The notes under the pieces are model-generated. The model searched no databases. It had not been told where the DNA came from and saw only the letters and a program-made list of their open reading frames with translations. Shown here piece after piece: positions 1 to 12,165 of a stretch of 64,000 nt of DNA (position 1 is the stretch's first letter; every line of letters begins with the position of its first letter). This DNA is from Prorocentrum cordatum (Eukaryota), in the NCBI GenBank assembly GCA_963575745.1, contig CAUYUJ010000026.1, positions 62,001-126,000 on the forward strand. The letters run 5' to 3'. Position numbers and translations under genes: made by a program.

Positions 1-706
1 GACCTCGTGGATGCTTCTTGGGGTCTCTTCGGAGGGCTCTCGGGAGCATCTGGGGAGAAGTTTTGAGGCCTCTGGGAAGCCTCTTAGGGCTTCCTGGGGG
101 CCTGTTGGGGGTTTTGGCAGCCCTTTTTTGGGCCTCTTGGGGGGCCTCTTGGGGGGCTCTTGGGGGGCTCTTGGGGGGCTTCCTGTGCGCCTCTTGGAGC
201 CGAGAGCTCGAAATGTCTGTTCGGGTTCCCTCTTGGGGCCCCCTCTTGGGGCCATCCTTGGGCCGTCTTGCAGGCCTCTTGGACCGTCTTAGGGCCATCT
301 TGGGCCATTCTTAAGGGACCCTCTCGGAGGCTTTTTGGGCCGTCTTGGAGCGATCGTGGGGTCCAGGGCGGCTGGCAGCTCGAAAAGGCGGTACCGCCCA
401 AATCGTCCGAAAACCTGCGTGAAATACGTGATACGTGTTTTTTGCGTCTTCGGGCCTTCTCGAAGTCCTCTTGGGACCCTCCTGGAGCGCTTCGTGGACC
501 GTCTTTGGACCAGCGTGGGCCATGTTGGAACGGCCTGAGGCCGTGGGGCGTGCCACTGGGAACTTGCTGGGACCTTGCCGGGCCCTTGCCGGGGTACTTG
601 TCGTCTGGGGACCCCCAGAGACCGCCACGCGCGTGCGAACTAGTAACTTTCTTGAACTCTAGCCGGAGATTTTAGCACGCCTCTGGCCTGTTGGGCCGGC
701 GAATTT
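1..706 (+). repeat. (CTCTTGGGG)n-rich interspersed element ending in hairpin + AATT; related tracts at 14845-15620 and, inverted, 62060-62700
   Basis: Degenerate 11-12 bp units; terminal CGCCTCTGGCCTGTTGGGCCGGCG-AATTTT. Confidence 0.6.
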
Positions 707-3381
707 TGTTTGCGGAAAGTGCCCCATAGTAATGAATTTGAATGAGAAGTCTGAATCGTGCCTAAACGCCATTCCTGGGACTACATCGCCGCGAGTCAAC
801 GTAATTTGCTGCGTCTTGGCAAGCCTAGATCGTGCCAGAAGACCGTTCCAGGGACATCAACACCGCGAATCAACGTGACTCTAGCGTCCTGGCAATCCTA
901 AGCCGCGCCAGAACACCATTCCTATCATACGAACCCATGCAACGGTTGCGAACTTTGAGGCGAATGTGCGCGGCGCTACGGCGAGAACCACATTTTGAAA
1001 AGGAGCAGCCCTCAATGCATCAAGCTGTTGCAAACACGCATGTGCGCGGCGCTAAAGCGACAGCCGCATCTTGAAAGCAGCCCGTCCTCAATTTGAGACC
1101 AATGCGCTCGGCGCTAAAATGAGAGCCGCATTTTGAAAGCGACCCACCGTCCATCCTTGAATCTGTTGCAATTGTGAAACTTCGGGTTCATCAATGGTGG
1201 GGAGATCTCCGGCGAAATGTCTGGCCCGCCCTACTGACGCGTCTGAGGGTGCGACAGGGAGGAGCGACAGGGAGGAGTTATCTATAAGGAATGTCAGGCC
1301 GCGTGGGCCCCTTTAAGCAGTGTGGCTCTAGCAATACAGGTTGTGCCATCTATGTGGAACCGCCCATGTGGTGCAATCGATGTTTTGCAATCTATTGTGT
1401 GCAGTATATGTTGTGCAACCTGTGTTGGCAGTACAAATGCTTCGATATAGGAAGGTCATCATATGTTGTGCAACATATGGAACAGTCTGTACGGTGCAAT
1501 TCGCCCTGCCGAAGTTGAAGTTGTCAGCCCCACTGCTCGCGCAGGCATTCCACCCACCCACCCGCATTTTTTTTTGCAACACACATTCGGCGGCGATTGC
1601 GATGAGTGCTTGGAGTTGGCTGGTGCATCTCTGCGGCCGTGCTTGCCCGCGCATGCTCGCGCGCTCAGCGGCCAGCTGGTGTGGCGCGACCGACGTGGCC
1701 GCGGTGGCGTTGACCGCTGGGCATTCCCCAGCGTGCACCTCAGTGCGAGTCGGGGTATCATGGCAACGTCGACAACGGCAGGCGCGATGATGATGGTAGC
1801 GATGCTGGTGATGATGATGAGGACAACGACGACGGCAAGGCCAGTGACCGCGCGGATGCTGATCGCGCCGACGACGATGACTGCGATTTCGCGTCGGTGA
1901 TTAAGGTTGAGGAGGGAGGTCGACATGCGCGCTCGGCCGGCGCGCGAGGGTGGCCCGCATGGTTTTATTTGACACGGATCGTGCCCCCCCCCCAGCGCGC
2001 GCACGCAAGTGCGTTCCAATGATTTCGGCGCGCGGCGCGAGGGGCCTGTTTGGCAGAATTTAGTACACATGAGAAACCGATGGTCGTATCAAGAATTCGC
2101 GGGAGTGCGAGCGCGTGCACATTTGAAAATTGATGTTGCATGTCCATGTGTTTGTTTATATGTTTTCGGGAATTTCGATTTTGAATTCCTTCCGAACCGT
2201 GGGGTCGTTGAAGGATTTTGGCATGCGCGCGCGGCGGCGCGCGCGTGTGCACTTCGTTTCATTTGTTGCAAACGGGTTCTGGTGACAGCACGCGAGCAAG
2301 GGCGTTCGAACGATTTTGATATGCGCGCGCGAGAGGCCCGCTTGGTAGCAACTAGCGAACAGTTTGAAACAACTTATTGTTGAATGGAGAATTCGCAATA
2401 TGCCGGGCGCGAACTTTTCATAACATTAATGTTGAAACAACCATGTATTTAACAACGTACGCTTTCGGGGCGCACGATTTTGACATCTTCTCGACACCTA
2501 AGATTTTGAAGGATTCCAGCATGCGCGCGCGACGACGCGCGAGTGTGCACTTTGTCATGTTGTTGCAAAGGTTGTTGAAACATTGATGATATTGGTAAGA
2601 AGCGAGTGCGCGCATATTTTTCCCATCGGATGAACGGGGGGGCGCGATACCAGCCTGCTTGGGGTGGTATGAATTCATACTTCGGATGGACGATGGGGCA
2701 GAATCATTTGCACAATGCAATACGAAAAGGGGAGCCGTGGATACCCGGGTGGTGTGTGGGGGGGGTAGATCCTAATTAAAAACAAATCAGTGTGGTGAAA
2801 TAAGTGGTTTGAGATTTTTGGGGTGCGTAACTCATATGTCGCGAACTATGCCTTAAAATATAGGTTGCCCAACAAATGTCGTACAACATATGTTGTGTAA
2901 TCATGGTGGGGCGGGGAAGGCGGCAACAGACCCTGTGACCGACAGACAGGTGAAGACGACAGGCGGCGACGAGGCAGCGACGGGGCGGCGACGCTGGCCA
3001 CATAGCCGCCAGACCGACGACACGGCCCAGACGACGGGCGGCGACGAGGTGGCGACGGGGCAGCGACGGCGACCACCCAGCCGCCAGACCTAAGACAGGG
3101 CCCGTTTCCTTCGAACAGGAGTTAGACCCCCTCAGTGCAAACACTGTTTGGGGAATGGCGTAGGCAGAGGAGGAGGAGGAGGAGGAGGAGGAGGAGGAGG
3201 AGGAGGAGGAGGAGGAGGAGGAGGAGGAGGAAGGAGAGGAGGAGGAGAAGGAGGAGGAGGAGGAGGAGAGTGAAGAGGGTGAGGAGGAAACGCAAGGGAG
3301 CAGCATCGAGCATCGGCTCGCGCAAGTCTTACTCTTGTTTGTTCTACTGGTGGTCTCGCTCTGCCTCTTGGTGCGCTGCAG

Positions 3382-3478
3382 GTGACGGGGTGCGACTGGC
3401 ACACGGACGGCCTAAGGCAGGGCCGCAAGCACCCGTTCACGCTCCTGGTCGGTGTGGCGCTCTCCGACACCACCGAAG
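3382..3478 (+). CDS. PhyH-family 2OG-Fe(II) dioxygenase, internal exon A (HxD motif)
   Basis: Translates VTGCDWHTDGLRQGRKHPFTLLVGVALSDTTEG (WHTD iron ligands, then the F-x-L-L-V-G-V-A-L-S-D strand). Acceptor GCAG|G at 3381, donor GAAG|GC at 3479. Joins in phase with 16150. Confidence 0.85.
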
Positions 3479-4417
3479 GCCCGATCCTTCGCGGCGCTCT
3501 GTGTTTTTTCTTGTGCGTGCGAGTATTTTCTTATTCTCGTGCCTACCGTCAGAGACTTTGGCTTAGCGTGTCGCTCCGCCGCCACGCTTTGGGCCCGGCG
3601 CGTTATCCTTTCTCCCATTCCCAGGCATCAACGTCCCGAGCTGTTCTCAGCCTCCCGCCCCGCGGAGCGGAGCGACACGCTACCCGCTCGCAGGGCATAG
3701 CGTGTCGCCGGGGCCGCCGCCACGACACGCTGAGCACAAGTCCCTGCTCGCATCGCTGCTCCCAGGGTCCAAGACTGCTCGTCTGGGAGGGCTGTGACCC
3801 CCTCCCTTTGGAGTGCGAAATTTGGCGTGTGTCCGTCCTTACCCAGAGATTCGATGTCGTGATTTGTTCAATGCGGGGTCCCCGAAGTCTCGACCCATTT
3901 CCCAGCACCAGTTTTTCATCCTGAGTCTATGTTTGACGCTCGGGGTGGCTACAGGCCGAAGATCGAGAAACACCTCCGACTCGATTTTTTCAGTGCGTTG
4001 GAGGTCTGGGCATCTCGCAACACCACTTCGAGTCTTCCGTGTCCGCTGATCCTCTTCCCGTGCCCGAAACCGGCGACACGCGTGCCCGCCCCTGCCAGGG
4101 CCTGCGGCGGCGGCGAAGGCCGGGGTGCCTGCTGCACAACGTCCGTGGCGGTGGCTCAGCGAAGCGCGCTCGGTGTGGCGACTCTTTCGGGCAGCGCCCA
4201 GAAGGCAGTCGCGTGCGACACCACTCCTCCTCCTCCTCCTCCTCCTCAGCCGCCGTTTCGCAGCGCGGGGAGGGACTTCGGCGCGCGAGGCGAGCCCGAC
4301 GAGCTACCGCGTTCACACGCGGGGCTGCAGCAGGGCAGGGGGCCGCGGGGAGGGGAGGGGAGGCATGTGTGGCGCGCGCATGTGGTGCACATCGTGGTGA
4401 GCAGCACGAACGTCATC

Positions 4418-5180
4418 ATGCGCGTTGTCACGTACAACCCCATGCACGCCTCGTACCACGATAGGATTACATATATAAGTACGACGCTGAAGGACTGGGA
4501 CGTCATTATCTTATCTGGTGCTAGTAATCGCGCCCTCGATGATCAGCCAGCCCAGCAGCACCATTTCGGACACCATTGGGGAGTCCAGCTTGGCTACAAA
4601 AAGGGGCGGCTGACTAGCTCGGCGTGCGGGGTCAGCTTTCTTGTCAAAAGTAACCTGCCCACGCAATCCCTCCACACGGTGATGAACCCCCCCGCAGAGC
4701 TTCAAGGTAGAGTAGGGGGCATCCGACTGCAGACAAAAAATCTCGACACGGCTATCTTTGGGGTGAAATTGCTCGCAAAATTACTAAGTGGCTGGACGAA
4801 CAGATTGACAAGCTGGGAGTCAGGACCAACATTATTGTCGGCGGCGACGTCAACTCAGATTTTGGAATTTCCCGAGATCGAGACGGCAGCGTCCAGACAA
4901 CTAAGAGTATCAGCCTCGGCGGCCATCGTCCTAAGCTTGAAAATCAGAACGGTCTCGAGTTCCGAGATTTTTGGTGAGCGCAACCAGTTATTCATAGCAT
5001 CGGCGAGTTGCAGAGTGAATGACACCTTCTTCGGCCCACCGGCGGTCAAAACCGCATCGACCACATTGCTTTCGCAGTAAATGCACGACTTCAGCTACGC
5101 CATTGCACAGCACTTACACCTGCTGGAAAAACTGCAAACTATCAAAGCTCGCGGCCACAGAGATCACGTCCCTGTTGGAT
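4418..5180 (+). pseudogene. APE/EEP endonuclease domain of LINE ORF (frameshifted)
   Basis: MRVVTYNP start, DVIILSG, CGVSFLV, IVGGDVN (GDVN at 4843-4854), RIDHI (5053-5067), RDHVPV (DH at 5162-5167). The canonical EEP motifs are in order but spread over different frames. Confidence 0.85.
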
Positions 5181-5444
5181 TCGAGTTATACATCAGCTTC
5201 TTCCATCATCGGTCTCAGAGACATCGAGAAGCTAGACCAGACCGAAGCGCTCTTATCATATGCCTGACGAAAATGCTACAAAAGAAGAGAGCTCTTCGAT
5301 CATATCGGCCAGAATATATCCGAAGTTGGGGAAGACTCTTTCCAGAAAGGCCGTCTACAAAAACCACCGGACGCATACTGGGGCATCTTCGGTCTGTGTG
5401 TCCGCCAGGCCTTACTCGAGACCTTTCCGGAGCAACCCCTGTAT

Positions 5445-7010
5445 GTGGACGACATGTATGAGCACATGCGCGAGTGCCGCATGCACATGCTGAGCAAGAG
5501 GAGGGAGATGAGGGAGCAGATGGTGGACAGCAAGGGAGAGGCGGAGTTTTTTAAGGTTTGCGAGGACCTTAAGGAGATCACAGCGTGTATAAAAAATAAG
5601 AAAGCAAAACCTCCTTCGGACGAGAGCGCGGATTTAGCAAATCAGATTTGGGAAGCATACGTGGAGAAACGCTATTCGGATCTGCATCAACTACGAGTGC
5701 TCTACCAGGGCAACGGCAGGGGGCCAAAACGTCGGTTTCACTACAGTCCCAGAACCAATTGGAATAACAAAACGCGGGAGGAGGAGTTGGGGAGGGCGGC
5801 CAAGGATGGAGGATTAGCAGGTGTAAAAATAAACTGGAAAGACGAGTTCAGTCACTATAGGTTCGACTGTGAGGATTCCGAGCTCGCCTATGTAGATGCT
5901 GATCTTCTCCACCTTGTACAAGAGGATCGACGTGCTATGCTACGGTACTGCCGACGTGCGGCAAAAAGACGTGCTTATCCAAGTTGGGGCCTACCCACGG
6001 AAGCAGTATGGTTACTCCTGCAGCCAGATGTCAACCTTGAGTCTCCAAATCAGTTGAGCGAGATGATTGCGCACAAGAATTACAGACAAGCTCAAAACAT
6101 TGAGGAGGAGGAGGAGGAGATGGAGAAGTTTACTACGGAGTACACATATAGGGTGGGCAGGAGGCTGTTGATGGGATGGACCAGGGGAGAGGGGCTCGGG
6201 GCTCTCGGACCAGATGGAGCCGCCAGACCACCAGAGGCACCGCCGGTGGGAGACATGCTGCAGTTCCGTCGGGAGGTGCGGGCAGGGCTTGGGAGCCGAC
6301 AGTCTGTTAGACAATTCTGTTTGACAATTCTGCCGTCGTCTCCCGTGTCGACCAGCGCGAGCGCCTGCCGCCGACGGGGCCTCGCCATTGAAGAGCAGCT
6401 GAGTGCTGAGACATACGTGTTTGAGAAGGTGCTGCAGGATTATCCTGTTCACATCCGCAGGTGCCAAGCCATGCCCCTGGGCAGCTACAGGTCCCTGAGC
6501 TTCTCGAGTGACAAAGCAAACGGCAAAAACAACATTTGTGGCAACCGCATAATGCATTGTTACGACGCCTTCTCCATGGCCTGGCACTCTGGGACCCCCT
6601 CCAGAACCACTGGCGCATGGGCACCTACATGGGCGCAGGGGGGGATAGCACACCGTAGCAGAGAGAGCAGCACCACAATCATCATGTGTAACAAGTGGAG
6701 GGCTGAGTGTAAAGAGAACAGCCCCATCGTGAGCAACTACGATTGCACTGACGCCTTTGCCGCTACAGAGAGACACCGACTTGAAGTGCAGGCAGAAGAG
6801 CAAGCTTGCCCCGAGGACGCACCATGCGCTGTCGCCAGTGTGCGCCAGCAGACGATGACCATAGAGACGTCCTATGACACTTTAGATATTCGTTCTATTA
6901 CGGGATCACAGATGGGATATACCACGGCACCTCGAGATTTTATGAATACCTACAACAAGGAGGTGGAGGAGTGGAGAATGGGGGGGCGGGGGCACGGAGA
7001 ACACATATTG
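5445..7010 (+). pseudogene. LINE reverse transcriptase, N-terminal part (subdomains 0-4) with embedded G-patch-like motif
   Basis: KRRAYPSWGLPTEAVW (0), DKANGK..GNRIMH (1), QGGIAHRSRE (2), YDCTDAF at 6738-6758 (3), GSQMGYTTAPRDF from ~6903 (4). G-patch-like VGRRLLMGWTRGEGLG...G...P...RAGLG at ~6150-6296. Confidence 0.8.
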
Positions 7011-7113
7011 TTTTTTCCCAACCATCCTGTGGTGTTGGGTCCTCGTTTTGAAGAGACAGCGCCCCGCGTCCCACCTCCTCCTCCTCCTCTCTCCTCCCCC
7101 TCCTCCCTCCTCC

Positions 7114-7159
<46 letters not shown>

Positions 7160-7217
7160 GTCATCATCATCATCATCATCATCATCGTCATTGTCATCGT
7201 CGTCATCGTCATCGTCA

Positions 7218-8095
7218 TCACCCACTTCGGCACACCCCTCACACGTTTCGTGGCCCCATAGGGAGCTCCACCGAAGGCCCGAGGGCTGCCGCCCGCATGC
7301 GTCCCCTACACCCATTTCGGCACACCCCTCACACGTTTCGTGGCCCCATAGGGAGCTCCACCGAAGGCCCCATGGCTGCCGTCCGCATGCGTCCCGCACA
7401 CCCATTTCGGCACACCCCTCACACGTTTCGTGGCCCCACAGGGAGCTCCACCGAAGGCCCCAGTGCTGCCGTCCGCATGCGTCCCGCACACCCATTTCGG
7501 CACACCCCTCACACGTTTCGTGGCCCCATAGGGAGCTCCACCGAAGGCCCCATGGCTGCCGTCCGCATGCGTCCCGCACACCCATTTCGGCACACCCCTC
7601 ACACGTTTCGTGGCCCCACAGGGAGCTCCACCGAAGGCCCCATGGCTGCCGTCCGCATGCGTCCCGCACACCCATTTCGGCACACCCCTCACACGTTTCG
7701 TGGCCCCATAGGGAGCTCCACCGAAGGCTCATGGCTGCCGTCCGCATGCGTCCCGCACACCCATGTCGGCACACCCCTCACACGTTTCGTGGCCCCATAG
7801 GGAGCTCCACCGAAGGCCCCAGTGATGCCGTCCGCATGCGTCCCGCACACCCATTTCGGCACACCCCTCACACGTTTCGTGGCCCCATAGGGAGCTCCAC
7901 CGAAGGCCCCATGGCTGCCGTCCGCATGCGTCCCGCACACCCATTTCGGCACACCCCTCACACGTTTCGTGGCCCCACAGGGAGCTCCACCGAAGGCCCC
8001 AGTGCTGCCGTCCGCATGCGTCCCGCACACCCATTTCGGCACACCCCTCACACGTTTCGTGGCCCCACAGGGAGCTCCGCCGAAGGTCCCAGTGG
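7218..8095 (+). repeat. 90-bp tandem array, ~10 units
   Basis: Unit CACCCATTTCGGCACACCCCTCACACGTTTCGTGGCCCCAYAGGGAGCTCCACCGAAGGCCCC...GCATGCGTCCCGCA; near-identical copies. Confidence 0.95.
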
Positions 8096-8132
8096 CGCAG
8101 TCCGGGACGCAAGGTCCCAGTGCGGGTCCCGG

Positions 8133-9556
8133 TCCTACCTGGGACGCAAGGCCGAGTGGGGCGCGGAGGAGCGGGAGTACGACCAGGTCGGCGGCGCCTT
8201 CGGCCGGATGCCCATCGTGATCCACCTGGGGGACTTCCTGCAGCTGAAGCCGACGGGAGGCAAGGTGTCGCTCATCTCCAGCTTCGAGGAACTGGCGGCG
8301 GCGGGCATCAACCTCGCACCAGAGTACCAGGCAGTGATGAAGCTCTTCTGCAACACGCCGCTGTGCTTCGAGCTCCAGGCGTCCAACCGCTTCAAGGACC
8401 CGAAACTCAGGGACCTCATGGCGTTCCTGCGCAAGCCGGGGAAGCAGGTCCCGCCGGCCATCCGGGCCACGTGGAACGCCATGCAGCTGAAACCCGATGA
8501 TCGTAGACTCCGGGAGGACAGGTTCCAGAACGGCCACATGATCGGGTCCTATTGGGACACCGTGGCGCGCTGGATGAACATGCGTGCCCAGCGGGACGCG
8601 GACGTCCTGAAGAAGCCTCTCTTCCTCGTGCAGGCCGCCGACAGGTCTGCCCCGACGATGAGCAGGAAGGACGCCGCCAAGATGATGAACTGTGCCAGCC
8701 CGAAGAACACCGGTGGCATGCGCGGACTGCTCCCCGGTGCACGTGGGCATGCGGATCCGGCTCCTGGAGGCGCTGGACCTCAAGAACGGCCTCGTCAAGG
8801 ATGCCGAGGGGCAGATCGTGCACATCGTCGTGGACCCTCGAGATCGGGGCGACGTCGACAAGGCCGAGAGAGACGGGGAGAAGAGGATCTATCTAAAGCA
8901 CTTGCCGCTGGGGTTCTGGGTGCGCATGGAGAAGTACGCGAGCGCGCCCTTCGTGGATGACCTCGAGCGCCACGACGAGAGCCTCACGGGGGACCTCGCG
9001 GGCCCGCTGGTGTTCATCGAGCCCCGCACGTCGGAGCCGTTCACCTTCCGCGCTTCCAAGGTCACCCGGACGGGCTTCCCGTTCTCGCACGGCAGGGTCA
9101 TCGCCACGGTGGCGTGCCAGGGGCGCACCATGCGAGAAGGCGACGGGGCGGGGGAACGGCGCTCCGGGGACGGCCAGACCTCCGAGGCGCGAGCAGTCCG
9201 CAGCCATCCTTCGGTCTTGTGGACTCTCGCCCTGGGCCGTCGGCTGCCTGGCGCACTGCTCCCTCGGCCGACGTCGCCCAGGCGTGATCCTGGACTGCGG
9301 CCGCCACGAGGTCGGGGACGGCGAGAAGGAGGACGACGACTGGTGGCTGGAGCTCTACGCGCTGCTCTCGCGCGCCACGCGCCACGAGGACCTCCTGCTC
9401 ATGCGGGTTCCGCGCGTCGAGTTCTTCCTGGCCGGGCCGCCGGAGGGCTTGCGCAAGCAGCTGGGGCAGTTTGCGGCGCGCGCGAAGCGGTGCAGGAGGG
9501 AGGCGACGGCCCTCGCCAGGGAGCTCGGCTTCACAGAGTTTATCCGCGAGGCCTGA
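8133..9556 (+). pseudogene. Pif1/SF1B-like DNA helicase, C-terminal half (RepHel-type), one frameshift and one intron
   Basis: FGRMPIVIHLGDFLQLKP (motif III), LQASNRFKD (IV), VGMRIRLLEALDLKNGLVKDAEG, RTGFPFSHGRVIATVACQGRT (V), LYALLSRAT (VI). Frameshift near 8735; GC-AG intron at 9140-9281. Walker A/B and the Rep domain are absent. Confidence 0.85.
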
Positions 9557-10351
9557 CCTGAGGAGCGGCCCGCCCCAGCCGCGCCTTCTCTTGGCTGTCC
9601 GACTGCTTGGCCTCGCGCCGCGGACGACTCGCGCGCGTCGCTTTGACCCTCTCGGGGCGATCAGCGCGCGTCGCGCAAACTCCGCATTGCGCTCTGCCCA
9701 GCGCGTCGCCCGCCCCTCGTCGCTCTGCCTGGCGGCCAGAGCCACGCGCGCTACGAGTCAGCCAGCAATCACTCTCTGATCCGCTCAGCGGACGAACCGC
9801 GCGCGTCACTGCGACCCCTTCGGGGCGACCAGCGCGCGTCGCGGGGGCTCCGCCTTGCGCCGCGCCCGCAGCCTTGGTCTTTGGAGTGCGCGGGCAAAGG
9901 AGATGGAAAAAATGAGGGGGGGAAGCGAGCGCGATCCTCGTGTGTGGCGTGCCGACATGGGCGTCGCGGCGCGCGGGCGCTGCCGTCGGGGTTCCCAGGG
10001 AAGCCCCCTGCAGAGGCGACGCTCAGAGTCACGAGTACCGAGAGTCACGCAGACCCAAACTGTTCACAGTCGTATACATACATTTACACTGGGCGTATCC
10101 ATGCACGCATTTATGCGAATAGAATCAATCGCGCGCAGATTCATCCATAATCAGACTCGCTCGCGATCCGACTCGCACGCGCTCGAGCTTTCATATTCGG
10201 ACCTATCGTCTTCGTTCGTGTTGTGTGCACTGCCACGCATTTCGGCGCACCCCTCATGCGGCTCGTGGCCCCATAGGGAGCGCCACCGAAGAAGATATTC
10301 ACAATTGCGGTACTCTCAACTGCATATGGTTGGGTCCTTCGCCAGGCTAAT

Positions 10352-10618
10352 TTAACTGCCGGCCCTCGCCAATCCGAGCTACCCCCTATAGACGCCCAGC
10401 TGAGCGTGTTCATGGACGATATCACGAAGAGCACAGTTATTGAGGAGGGGGCATCAGCGGCTAAGGTCACAGACGTTCTGAACGGTAGCGCATCTAGATT
10501 AGAGAGCTGCCTGGCCAATGGGCAGTGGACGCTCAACCCTGCTAAGGCGAATCATCTGCTTGATCCGCAGGGGGGGGGGGGGGGCGACGCTATCAGACAG
10601 CGCGCCGATTGAGACGAT
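10352..10618 (+). pseudogene. LINE RT catalytic segment (FMDD) between two insertions
   Basis: LTAGPRQSELPPIDAQLSVFMDDITK...WTLNPAK. It is in frame with the 5445 ORF once 7011-10351 is removed. Confidence 0.8.
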
Positions 10619-10619
10619 A

Positions 10620-12165
10620 AATTAGCATGGCGAAGGACCCAACCATATGCAGTTGAGAGTACCGCAATTGTGAATATCTTCTTCGGTGGCGCTCCCTATG
10701 GGGCCACGAGCCGTATGAGGGGTGTGCCGAAATGCGTGGCAGTGTACACAACACGAACGAAGACGATAGGTCCGAATATGAAAGCTTGAGCGCGTGCGAG
10801 TCGGATCGCGAGCGAGTCTGATTATGAATGAATCTGCGCGCGATTGATTCTATTCGCATGAATGCGTGCATGGATACGCCCAGTGTAAATGTATGTATAC
10901 GACTGTGAACAGTTTGGGTCTGCGTGACTCTCGGTACTCGTGACTCTGAGCGTCGCCTCTGCAGGGGGCTTCCCTGGGAACCCCGACGGCAGCGCCCGCG
11001 CGCCGCGACGCCCATGTCGGCACGCCACACACCTGGTGTGCGGGACGCATGCGGACGGCAGCACTGGGGCCTTCGGTGGAGCTCCCTGTGGGGCCACGAA
11101 ACGTGTGAGGGGTGTGCCGAAATGGGTGTGCGGGGCGCATGCGGACGGCAGCCATGGGGCCTTCGGTGGAGCTCCCTATGGGGCCACGAAGCGTGTGAGG
11201 GGTGTGCCGAAATGGGTGTGCGGGACGCATGGACGTGGGGCAGCACTGTGTGAGGGGTGTGCCCGGTTGGGGCCTTCGGTGGAGCTCCCTATGGGGCCAC
11301 GAAACGTGTGAGGGGTGTGCCGAAATGGGTGTGCGGGACGCATGCGGACGGCAGCCATGGGGCCTTCGGTGGAGCTCCCTATGGGGCCACGAAACGTGTG
11401 AGGGGTGTGCCGAAATGGGTGTGCGGGACGCATGCGGACGGCAGCACTGGGGCCTTCGGTGGAGCTCCCTGTGGGGCCACGAAACGTGTGAGGGGTGTGC
11501 CGAAATGGGTGTGCGGGACGCATGCGGACGGCAGCCATGGGGCCTTCGGTGGAGCTCCCTGTGGGGCCACGAAACGTGTGAGGGGTGTGCCGAAATGGGT
11601 GTGCGGGACGCATGCGGACGGCAGCACTGGGGCCTTCGGTGGAGCTCCCTGTGGGGCCACGAAACGTGTGAGGGGTGTGCCGAAATGGGTGTGCGGGACG
11701 CATGCGGACGGCAGCCATGGGGCCTTCGGTGGAGCTCCCTATGGGGCCACGAAACGTGTGAGGGGTGTGCCGAAATGGGTGTGCGGGGCGCATGCGGGCG
11801 GCAGCCATGGGGCCTTCGGTGGAGCTCCCTATGGGGCCACGAAACGTGTGAGGGGTGTGCCGAAATGGGTGTGCGGGACGCATGCGGACGGCAGCGCTGG
11901 GGCCTTCGGTGGAGCTCCCTGTGGGGCCACGAAACGTGTGAGGGGCGTGCCGAAATTGGTGTGCGGGGCGCATGCGGGCGGCAGCCATGGGGCCTTCGGT
12001 GGAGCTCCCTATGGGGCTACGAATCGTGTGAGGGGTGTGCCGAGAGCAGAGGCAAGGAGGGGGAGGAGGGAGGAGGGCGAGGAGAGGAGGAGGAGGAGAG
12101 GAGGTGGGACGCGGGGCGCTGTCTCTTCAAAACGAGGACCCAACACCACAGGATGGTTGGAAAAA
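10620..12165 (-). mobile_element. Helitron2/Helentron-like non-autonomous element, family 1 copy B
   Basis: Same termini as copy A, reverse-complemented (AATTAGCATGGCGAAGGACCCAACCAT...GGATGGTTGGAAAAA). 10620-11030 is the inverse of 9940-10352. 90-bp array; AA/TT insertion context. Confidence 0.8.
11035..12042 (-). repeat. 90-bp tandem array, ~11 units (inverse of 7218-8095)
   Basis: GGGGCCTTCGGTGGAGCTCCCT recurs at a 90-bp period, with one aberrant unit near 11230-11270. Confidence 0.95.

Larger units (their letters stand above)
7011..10351 (+). mobile_element. Helitron2/Helentron-like element, family 1 copy A (internally deleted, keeps helicase fragment)
   Basis: 5' TTTT-CCCAACCAT (7017-7025); subterminal ATGGTTGGG (10326-10334) then TCCTTCGCCAGGCTAATT. 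Contains a (TCA)n microsatellite, a 90-bp array and a Pif1-like helicase. Inserted at TT with no TSD; excision restores the RT frame. Confidence 0.8.

Noticed and set aside
1995..2580. Diverged ~295-bp tandem duplication as a functional RNA or gene
   Set aside because: Two degenerate copies with no ORF, tRNA/rRNA signature or evident fold; treated as an old repeat.
5445..8960. 1171-aa RT-helicase fusion protein
   Set aside because: Chance read-through from the LINE RT into an inserted element; the RT resumes at 10352 after precise excision.
7218..12042. CRISPR-like arrays
   Set aside because: The inter-core segments are near-identical rather than unique spacers, there are no cas genes, and the context is eukaryotic TE.
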